The notes beneath the pieces are model-generated. The model did no database searches. It saw only the letters and a program-made list of their open reading frames with translations, and was not told the DNA's origin. Position numbers and translations under genes: made by a program. Shown here piece after piece: positions 1 through 6,046 of a stretch of DNA of 13,709 bases. Position 1 is the first letter of the stretch; the number at the start of each line of letters is the position of its first letter. The DNA comes from a bacterium (GTDB lineage Bacteria; Zhuqueibacterota; Zhuqueibacteria; Oceanimicrobiales; Oceanimicrobiaceae): NCBI GenBank assembly GCA_046757165.1, contig JBHHXT010000121.1:1-13709 (forward strand), given 5' to 3'.

Positions 1-71
1 TTGACACGAATAAATGAGGTGTGAGTTCCTACAGCCTAAAAGTCTACAGCCTATCTACCGGAATCGTGTCC

Positions 72-1226
72 TTAGTTCAGGAAGACCACGCCAAACTCCT
101 TTCTCAGCGCCTCATCGCAAACAATGTCTCCTGCGGCGCGAACAAAAATTGCTCTGACCGGGTGGCGTTGCATGGCTTTGAGATCATGCTTTGCGCCTGC
201 GATGAAGAGATAAGTGGCCCAGACATCGGCCTGCTCGGCTGAGGGGGCGAACACGGTCACGCTTTGGTTTTGGTCGGCGGGAAACCCGGTGTGCGGGTCG
301 ATGAGGTGATGGTAGCGTTTGCCGTTGATGAGCTTGTAGCGTTCGTAATCTCCGCTGGTGGCAACGGCCACATCCTGCGCCTCAAAGGTCGCGAGAAGCT
401 CTGCTTGTTTGCGCGGATGTTGCAGACCGACGGTCCACTTTTGGTGGCCATATTTGGTGCCGCAGGCGTAGATATCGCCGCCTGCGTTGATGAGGAAGTT
501 TTGGATGCCATTTTGATTCAGCACAAAGGCGGCTCGGTCGATGGCATAGCCCTTGGCAATGCCGCCCAGGTCGAGCTTCATGCCCGTTTTTTTCAGAAAC
601 ACGGTTGTATCTTGTCTGCTTAGCACGATGTTGTGAAAATTGACCAGGTTCAGCAGGTTTTTCAAAAGCCGGGGCTCGGGGACGGTGACCTCTCTGTCGC
701 CGTTGAATCCCCAGAGTTCAGTGACCGGGCCGATGGTGATGTCAAAATCGCCGGCAAATTTTCGAGAATAGGCAACGGCCCGCGTGACAATGGCGAAGGT
801 TTCGTAGCTGACCCGCACGTGTTTTGCGCCTGCGTGTTGATTGATACGCGTGATTTCGCTTTCTGGCTTGTGGCTGCTCAGAAGACGCTCGATCCTTTCG
901 ATTTCCTGGTAAGCTTTGGTGAACGCCTGCTTGCACCCGGTGATGCTCGGGTGCGTGCCGAGAAAGTCGATTTTTGTTCCGAGCAGGTATTTTGTCGCCG
1001 AGACTTCGTAGAGAGGTTCAGGCTGTGCCGACAGGGTCACCGGCCTCAGGGCAAATGCGATGGCACTTGCTGCGGCGATAGTGACAAGGCGCGCAAAAAG
1101 CCGGGACCCGGCCTTCCCCAGCTGGTCCGCTGGCCCCGAACGCCTCCTTGCGACGTGCACAAGTGGGAGGAGATATCGGTTTCGCAGACAGCTCCGAGAT
1201 CGGGTTATGGCGTTGAGCGCAGTCAT
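72..1226 (-). CDS. apbE: FAD:protein FMN transferase (ApbE family flavin transferase)
   Basis: ApbE motifs: FDITIGP-x4-WGF, LDLGGIAKGYAID, NAGGD, VATSGDYER, YHHLIDP, ADVWAT. A hydrophobic signal-like segment ends VTLSA/QPEP. The start is uncertain: the ORF opens at 1286, and ATG 1226 is the first start after the upstream stop. Confidence 0.95.
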   Translation of the reverse strand: MTALNAITRSRSCLRNRYLLPLVHVARRRSGPADQLGKAGSRLFARLVTIAAASAIAFALRPVTLSAQPEPLYEVSATKYLLGTKIDFLGTHPSITGCKQAFTKAYQEIERIERLLSSHKPESEITRINQHAGAKHVRVSYETFAIVTRAVAYSRKFAGDFDITIGPVTELWGFNGDREVTVPEPRLLKNLLNLVNFHNIVLSRQDTTVFLKKTGMKLDLGGIAKGYAIDRAAFVLNQNGIQNFLINAGGDIYACGTKYGHQKWTVGLQHPRKQAELLATFEAQDVAVATSGDYERYKLINGKRYHHLIDPHTGFPADQNQSVTVFAPSAEQADVWATYLFIAGAKHDLKAMQRHPVRAIFVRAAGDIVCDEALRKEFGVVFLN

Positions 1227-1260
1227 GATTTTTGTTTCACGGCACTTTCCTGCTGGTCTT

Positions 1261-1932
1261 CTAAAAGGCCAGCGTGTCCAAACCATGCGCAGGTTGCCCG
1301 GTCACCGTGATTCGGACCTGGTTTGGAATGCAGATGATCTGCTGCCCTGCCTTGTGAATGCCACCCATTTTAACACACGTCTTGTGTTTGCAGGAAGCGC
1401 CATCAAGCTGCGCGCTTCCATTTTTGATCGAGAGAAGCACGCTGCCTCGTGCGCCGTCAATTCTCTGCTCCTGAATATTTTCCGCCAGGTCGAACCGCGT
1501 GACCAGCGAGTTATTGCGAAACACGGCCAGGGTCCGGGCCGGCGACTTCTCGCCTTCCGTGGATAGTTTCAGAACACAGGGGTTGTCAAAACGCCTGGGC
1601 AGGCCGAGCGATTGCGAGACCTGGAGGACGCTTTCTGTGAATCGGGAGGGTGCGGTTTTGTAGTTGATCAGCCTGTTATTCATGACCAGTACCACGTCAC
1701 CGACGTGGCGTCCGGAAAGGGCAAACTCCTGGAACCGTAGCCTCTTGTGTGACAAATCCAGGTGCTTGATCAACGCTTCCATGTGCGGAATGGCCTGGTC
1801 CGGCGCGTCGGTCATGACGTGGAGGCTGAATTGCCAGATGTCTTCGGCAAAAAGCATGGGTGGCGCCACTTTGGAGAGGGCGACGCCCGAGGCGACTGCT
1901 GCACATTTTCTCAGAAAATCTCTTCTATCCAT
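1261..1932 (-). CDS. Tat-exported NusG domain II (DUF1312-like) protein with an additional N-terminal domain
   Basis: N-terminus MDRRDFLRK is a twin-arginine signal, preceded by SD-like GAAGAGGG. C-terminal SCKHKTCVKMGGIHKAGQQIICIPNQVRI matches the NusG-II pattern C-x4-C-x3-G-x-I...I-x-C-x-P-N. Confidence 0.85.
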   Translation of the reverse strand: MDRRDFLRKCAAVASGVALSKVAPPMLFAEDIWQFSLHVMTDAPDQAIPHMEALIKHLDLSHKRLRFQEFALSGRHVGDVVLVMNNRLINYKTAPSRFTESVLQVSQSLGLPRRFDNPCVLKLSTEGEKSPARTLAVFRNNSLVTRFDLAENIQEQRIDGARGSVLLSIKNGSAQLDGASCKHKTCVKMGGIHKAGQQIICIPNQVRITVTGQPAHGLDTLAF

Positions 1933-1958
1933 GATGGGTCCCTCTTCTATTTCGTTGG

Positions 1959-3122
1959 TCAAAAACGATACCGCACACCGAGACTCATGATGTACGCATA
2001 AAGGTCCTTCGCTCTGCGATGCCAGTTGGGCGTGACGGTGTGTCGATGATAGAAATTGAGTTTGAGACTGAGTTGAATGTTTTCATCCCGCAAGAGCGGA
2101 ATTCCTTGAAAGTGTCCGCCGTTGAGGACGAGTTTGAATTGGTATTGATTCGAAAACCCTTCGTCCAGTTTGCTGTCGACGGTCATGAATTCTTCCGGCT
2201 GCTCATATTTTTCCTTATAGAAGAACGCCCGGCTTTGGAAGTAATTTCGAAACCCGAGACCGACCGTCGTTGCCTCGCTGACGTGCTGCAGAAACGAAAT
2301 CGAGGTCGTAAAGGAACGGACAGCCCAGTCGTCCCAGTAATAGCGGATGCCAAACTGCAGGGCGGAGGTGCGTTCGATTTTGTAATTCATTCGCACGCCG
2401 AACGCTTTGCGTGTGCGCTCATTCGGATGCACCGGCTCCAGCATGAGCGGTTCGCTATTCTGAATGAGCTGCACCACCTGATAAGGGTCGGAGAGCAACC
2501 CTTTTGAGTGATTATACGAGGCGATGAGCTGCCCGATGAGACGTTTGCTCAGAACCTGTGTTAGATTAATGCTGGCGGTGTAGACATCCTTCTCTTTTCG
2601 CCAGTCCCGGATTTGTGGAAAGATTTTGTCCCAACTGCGCACCAGGCCGAGCTGCAGGGTGGTGTTCTTTTGCGCGAAGGGATAGGAGAAAGAGCCGGCA
2701 AGGGTTACAGATCTGTAGTCGTGCTCTTTGCTGAACAGCCCATTCACCGAGAGGGTGCCGCCATTGATCAGTTGCGTGATTCCGGCTCCGAGCTCATGGC
2801 GGACCTCATCCGGCGTGTTGTCGCCACCGCCATCTTCTTTTTCTGTTGCCGAGGTGACGCCGTCCACGATGAAATGGCTTCTCATGGAAGCGGCGCTGAT
2901 GACATCGACCAGGTAGCGGACGTTGATGGTGGAAGAGTCTGTCATCCTTTTGGTGTAGGAAATCGACGGATAGACGATGGTCACATCGAAACTGTCGAAG
3001 TACGAGTTTAGATTGACCTGCAGTTCGTCGGCCGGCAGATCTTGTGCCCGCGCGGCAGATGCCATCATGACCAGGAGCAGGGCGGTGAGCCCGGCGGATC
3101 TAGCCACAGCCGCAGCCTCCAC
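1959..3122 (-). CDS. DUF3570-family protein, probable outer-membrane beta-barrel with flavinylation motifs
   Basis: Signal peptide ending ARA/QD. Motifs VDVISAAS and VDGVTSAT, SKEHDYRS, GLLSDPY, RYYWDDW, D-x-K-L. Alternating amphipathic strands and C-terminal GVRYRF. The start overlaps the DUF4266 end (GTG 3122 or GTG 3107). Confidence 0.85.
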   Translation of the reverse strand: MEAAAVARSAGLTALLLVMMASAARAQDLPADELQVNLNSYFDSFDVTIVYPSISYTKRMTDSSTINVRYLVDVISAASMRSHFIVDGVTSATEKEDGGGDNTPDEVRHELGAGITQLINGGTLSVNGLFSKEHDYRSVTLAGSFSYPFAQKNTTLQLGLVRSWDKIFPQIRDWRKEKDVYTASINLTQVLSKRLIGQLIASYNHSKGLLSDPYQVVQLIQNSEPLMLEPVHPNERTRKAFGVRMNYKIERTSALQFGIRYYWDDWAVRSFTTSISFLQHVSEATTVGLGFRNYFQSRAFFYKEKYEQPEEFMTVDSKLDEGFSNQYQFKLVLNGGHFQGIPLLRDENIQLSLKLNFYHRHTVTPNWHRRAKDLYAYIMSLGVRYRF

Positions 3123-3312
3123 TTTGTGCGCCCGTCCCGCCGACAGAACCTTCCCGATAATCGAGATAATGCTCGTTTATTCCGGCGTCGATGGGGTTCT
3201 CATCAAAGATCATAATCGGGTCGGCCAGGTCGCCACGCTCCCACGGTTTGACGGTCGCGCAGCTCGAGAGTCCGATCAGAACGAATGCCATCATTAGAAT
3301 TTTCGCGCTCAT
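3100..3312 (-). CDS. DUF4266-family small lipoprotein
   Basis: GGAGG SD 6 nt before the ATG. Lipobox LSSC, then VKPWERGDLADPIM...YREGSVGG...GGCGC, the characteristic DUF4266 pattern. Confidence 0.9.
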   Translation of the reverse strand: MSAKILMMAFVLIGLSSCATVKPWERGDLADPIMIFDENPIDAGINEHYLDYREGSVGGTGAQSGGCGCG

Positions 3313-3357
3313 GGTGATCCTCCATAGTCATCAATATCGATTTGGATCGTCCCGCAA

Positions 3358-3444
3358 GTCATCGCGGGGCGACCAAACGGGCGCGAAGCCATCTCCGGGG
3401 TCTAGCCCGGAGACGGCTTCGCCTGCTTCTCGCCTCGTGATGAC
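3358..3444. repeat. 87-bp nested palindromic (REP/RPE-like) element
   Basis: Outer imperfect IR GTCATCGCGGGGCGA / TCGCCTCGTGATGAC. Inner stem GCGAAGCC-A-TCTCCGGG / CCCGGAGA-C-GGCTTCGC (3383-3422). Confidence 0.8.
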
Positions 3445-3452
3445 CACAGAGA

Positions 3453-3959
3453 CTAGTCCTCATTCAGAAGCTGTGTCAACTCCTTGACATATTTTTGTCT
3501 CTCCTTCTCCGTGAAGCCAGTGTGCCGGAAGCGAATCACGCCTTTTCTGTCGATGAAAATCGTCGTCGGCATGCCTTCGACTTTATACAGCTTTGGCAAG
3601 CTGCCTTTAGGGTCGGGCATCACGGGAAACGGCGTCTCGACCTTTAGCTTTGCCAGGAATTTGTTCATATTCTCGCTGTGCTCATCCAGGTTGACTGCGA
3701 CAATTTCCAGGTTCTTGTCTTCTTCGCTATTGAACTCCTTGTAGAGTTTGATCAAGAACGGAAATTCTTTGCGGCACGGTCCACACCAGCTCGCCCAGAA
3801 ATCCAGAACCACCACTTTGCCGCGCAGCTCAGATAGCACGATCTTTTCGCCAGTTGTGCTGACGCCTTTGAAATTCATCGCCAGGTCAGCGTTGTCTTTA
3901 CCCATGCCCGGGATACAGAACAAGAGTGTGACCAGTGTCGCGAAAGTCATTTTCTTCAT
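3453..3959 (-). CDS. TlpA/ResA-family thioredoxin-like disulfide reductase, exported
   Basis: LRGKVVVLDFWASWCGPCRKEFP active site and cis-Pro loop GMPTTIFID. AAGGAG SD 6 nt before ATG 3959. N-terminal signal MKKMTFATLVTLLFC. Confidence 0.93.
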   Translation of the reverse strand: MKKMTFATLVTLLFCIPGMGKDNADLAMNFKGVSTTGEKIVLSELRGKVVVLDFWASWCGPCRKEFPFLIKLYKEFNSEEDKNLEIVAVNLDEHSENMNKFLAKLKVETPFPVMPDPKGSLPKLYKVEGMPTTIFIDRKGVIRFRHTGFTEKERQKYVKELTQLLNED

Positions 3960-3984
3960 TCTCATCTCCTTAACTATTAATAGG

Positions 3985-4287
3985 TCATTCCTCATCGGTG
4001 TCATCACTCCAGCGCGTGTCATGACATTGAAAACACGACGGGGCAATTGTCACTCGATCATCTACGATTGCGACGCCACCATCGAGGTCGTCATGGTGGC
4101 AATCCGAATCACTGCAGCCGCTGTCTTTCTTGTAAGGGTATCGATATCCTGCTTTATGTAGTACGCCTTTGATGCTTGCCTTATGATCATCCGGCAGGTT
4201 GGGTTTTGATGCGGCCGGAAATGGGCCGCCACAAGATAGCCCAAATAGTGCTGCCAGGATTGCTGCCCAATACCTACCCAAAAACAT
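3985..4287 (-). CDS. Small putative diheme c-type cytochrome lipoprotein
   Basis: Lipobox-like FGLS-C. Heme motifs CSDSDCH (CX4CH) and CFQCH (CX2CH), with two upstream His as candidate distal ligands. GAGG SD 8 nt before ATG 4287 (alternative ATG 4293). Confidence 0.72.
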   Translation of the reverse strand: MFLGRYWAAILAALFGLSCGGPFPAASKPNLPDDHKASIKGVLHKAGYRYPYKKDSGCSDSDCHHDDLDGGVAIVDDRVTIAPSCFQCHDTRWSDDTDEE

Positions 4288-4351
4288 GGTCATTACCTCA
4301 CACTTGTGGTCTGATTCGATTCGATATCTGCTTCAATGCTCGAATCTGGTT

Positions 4352-4367
4352 GGCAAAGCGCATGCCA
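4352..4367 (-). promoter_or_regulatory. sigma54 (RpoN) -24/-12 promoter for the cytochrome-apbE operon
   Basis: The minus strand reads TTTGGCATG-CGCT-TTGCC versus consensus TGGCACG-N4-TTGCW, with exact GG-N10-GC spacing, about 65 nt upstream of the first start codon. Confidence 0.7.
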
Positions 4368-4380
4368 AATCAATGGGTGA
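4368..4380. promoter_or_regulatory. Possible IHF site
   Basis: AATCAA-TGGG-TGA has one mismatch to WATCAA-N4-TTR and abuts the -24 element. Confidence 0.3.
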
Positions 4381-4419
4381 AGAAAATATGGTCATTCTCA
4401 GGCGGGGCTCGGCTGTTTC

Positions 4420-4439
4420 CAGGTCTCTACAGGTCTCTA
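4420..4439. repeat. 10-bp tandem direct repeat CAGGTCTCTA x2
   Basis: Seen directly in the divergent promoter region. Confidence 0.7.
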
Positions 4440-4710
4440 TATGACTTCGAACGGTGGCTTCTGTGTCTTTTCCCTTCAGTTTTGAAACGCGTGATTACGC
4501 AATTGTAATACATTTATGTGAAAGAAGGGGGGAGCTGCATGAAACCTGATCGAATTGCGCACTAGCGTAAGGTCGAGCAGGGGGCGGGAGGCGTGACAGA
4601 GGCTGCATATTTTACGCGATGGTCTTGTAGATTCTTCCGCATTAACGGTGAGCCTCCCGGGCGCCCGCACTGGATTTTTGAAGAATCATCGCGACGCAAC
4701 GATCACCATT

Positions 4711-4726
4711 CGGCATATTATTTGCA
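4711..4726 (+). promoter_or_regulatory. sigma54 -24/-12 promoter for the DUF2271-like gene
   Basis: CGGCATA-TTAT-TTGCA: GG(4712-13)-N10-GC(4724-25) with a perfect TTGCA -12, about 75 nt upstream of the GTG start. Confidence 0.6.
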
Positions 4727-4801
4727 GACCGATGGCTTCATGTGTTTTTGGATAGGAATATTGACTGATGAATAACATTTCGAGAATGAGGAGATGATCA
4801 A

Positions 4802-5662
4802 GTGAAGCGCACGCGGAATCTGATGTTATCGACTGTCCTGACCCTGCTGCTCATGCCGTACGCGAAGTCGAAGTCAACCAGTTTACCGGGTTCGGCTGGC
4901 GGCACGGTGCAAATTGAGGTGACGACTATCACCTTTGATGGAAGGTATTCTCCGAAGAATATTGGCGCGATCTGGGTCGAGGATGCGCAGGAACGATTTG
5001 TGAAATCCCTGGAAGTCTGGGCCAGAAAAAGAATCAGGCACCTGATCAAGTGGCAGGCATCTTCTGCTGGCAATGTTGTGGATGCGGTCACCAGCGCGAC
5101 CTTCCGATCCCACCAAACGCACACCGCAACCTGGGACTGCACCGACGTGAACGGTGCCCAAGTACCGGACGGAACGTACAAAGTCCTGATTGAATTCACC
5201 GAAGAAAACTCGAGCAGTTCAGGCAAGCCCCCGGGCAAGTGGACGGTCATCGAATTCACCAAGGGGGCTGGCGATCAAACCATCACGCCTCCCGATGAAA
5301 CTTATTTTAGGGATCTCAGATTGACCTACACCAATGCGGGAGTGCAACCGGCTTCGGTCAGTGGAACCGTCAAGGAGGCCGGGTCGAGTCTGCCAATCGG
5401 GGCGGCGACCGTGCAGCTCAAATCTGGCAGCACCGTTTCATACGAGACGGTGACCGACAATGCCGGCGCGTATCAATTCAATGACGTCCAACCCGGCTCC
5501 TACAATCTGGTGTGCTTCAAATCCGGATACGTCACCTGGACGGAGAGCATTTCCGTGAGCTCAGGTCAGGTGATCGCGGGCAAGGATATTCAGTTAACCC
5601 CTCAGCAGACGGATACGACGCCCCCTGCGCCACCGCAGAATGTTAAAGCAGTTGTTCAGTAG
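4802..5662 (+). CDS. Secreted DUF2271-like flavinylation-substrate domain fused to a carboxypeptidase-regulatory-like beta-sandwich domain
   Basis: GAGGAG SD 8 nt before the GTG, and a signal peptide. AIWVED...FVKSL...LIKW...VDAVTSAT...WDCTDVNG-x2-VPDGTY-x4-E is DUF2271-like. VSGTVKE...PIGAATV...TDNAGAYQF-x2-VQPGSY-x6-GY is CarboxypepD_reg-like. C-terminal DTTPPAPPQNV. Confidence 0.8.
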   Translation: MKRTRNLMLSTVLTLLLMPYAKSKSTSLPGSAGGTVQIEVTTITFDGRYSPKNIGAIWVEDAQERFVKSLEVWARKRIRHLIKWQASSAGNVVDAVTSATFRSHQTHTATWDCTDVNGAQVPDGTYKVLIEFTEENSSSSGKPPGKWTVIEFTKGAGDQTITPPDETYFRDLRLTYTNAGVQPASVSGTVKEAGSSLPIGAATVQLKSGSTVSYETVTDNAGAYQFNDVQPGSYNLVCFKSGYVTWTESISVSSGQVIAGKDIQLTPQQTDTTPPAPPQNVKAVVQ

Positions 5663-5731
5663 AGGGGCGGGACTACAAGCCGATAACATGGTGTTCTTTC
5701 AGCACAGTTTGGAGGCTTCAGAGCATATTGG

Positions 5732-5981
5732 GGCCACGGATTTAACTGATAAAGCACGGATTTACACGGATTTGGTCTTGGATGAAAGCCAAAAAAATCC
5801 TGAGCCACACAAGTTACCTTCCACTGAACTTCGACACATTCGGTGTTCAGTCCAATCCGTTCCGATCCGTTAGATCCGTCTCATCCGCGTTCTATTTTTT
5901 TTGCACTTTTTTGTCTTTTTTGCAAAACTTTATTGATGATATCATAGTGATGATATTATAGTTTGGAACGAATCCGTGGCC
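5732..5981. repeat. CACGGAT/ATCCGT short-repeat inverted element (MITE-like, no convincing CDS)
   Basis: Perfect 11-bp terminal IR GGCCACGGATT / AATCCGTGGCC. CACGGATTT at 5735, 5755 and 5765; inverted ATCCG(T/C) units at 5855, 5865, 5874 and 5883. Confidence 0.75.
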
Positions 5982-5997
5982 AATCAATTATTTTGTT

Positions 5998-6034
5998 GCG
6001 GCTTCGCCGCGTTGCGGGTCTCTGAGCCTCCGCA
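5998..6034. terminator. Two GC-rich hairpins just downstream of pepD (REP-like or terminator)
   Basis: GCGGC-TTC-GCCGC (5998-6010) and TGCGG...CCGCA (6013-6034), between convergent genes. Confidence 0.4.
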
Positions 6035-6046
6035 GGGTTTACCGGC

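Noticed and set aside
633..3011. Plus-strand ORFs opposite the apbE operon
   Set aside because: Antisense shadows with no motifs or SD support.
3100..3990. Selenocysteine/pyrrolysine read-through in the redox genes
   Set aside because: All redox Cys are normal codons and the stops fall at expected family ends. The hairpin after the tlpA TAG is better explained as a repeat element.
3960..4046. Longer TlpA start
   Set aside because: It overlaps the cytochrome gene; the SD and signal peptide point to ATG 3959.
4350..4366. Plus-strand sigma54 reading of the quasi-palindromic TTGGCA...TGCCAA site
   Set aside because: The -12 match is weaker (ATGC) and there is no credible gene just downstream on plus; the minus reading fits better.
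5640..5873. 77-aa ORF across the repeat element
   Set aside because: It overlaps the upstream gene end, is largely translated repeat sequence, and has no GxxExxY or other motif.
5735..5890. Possible CRISPR array
   Set aside because: Units are only 7-10 bp, without unique 30-40 bp spacers, and no cas genes are present.
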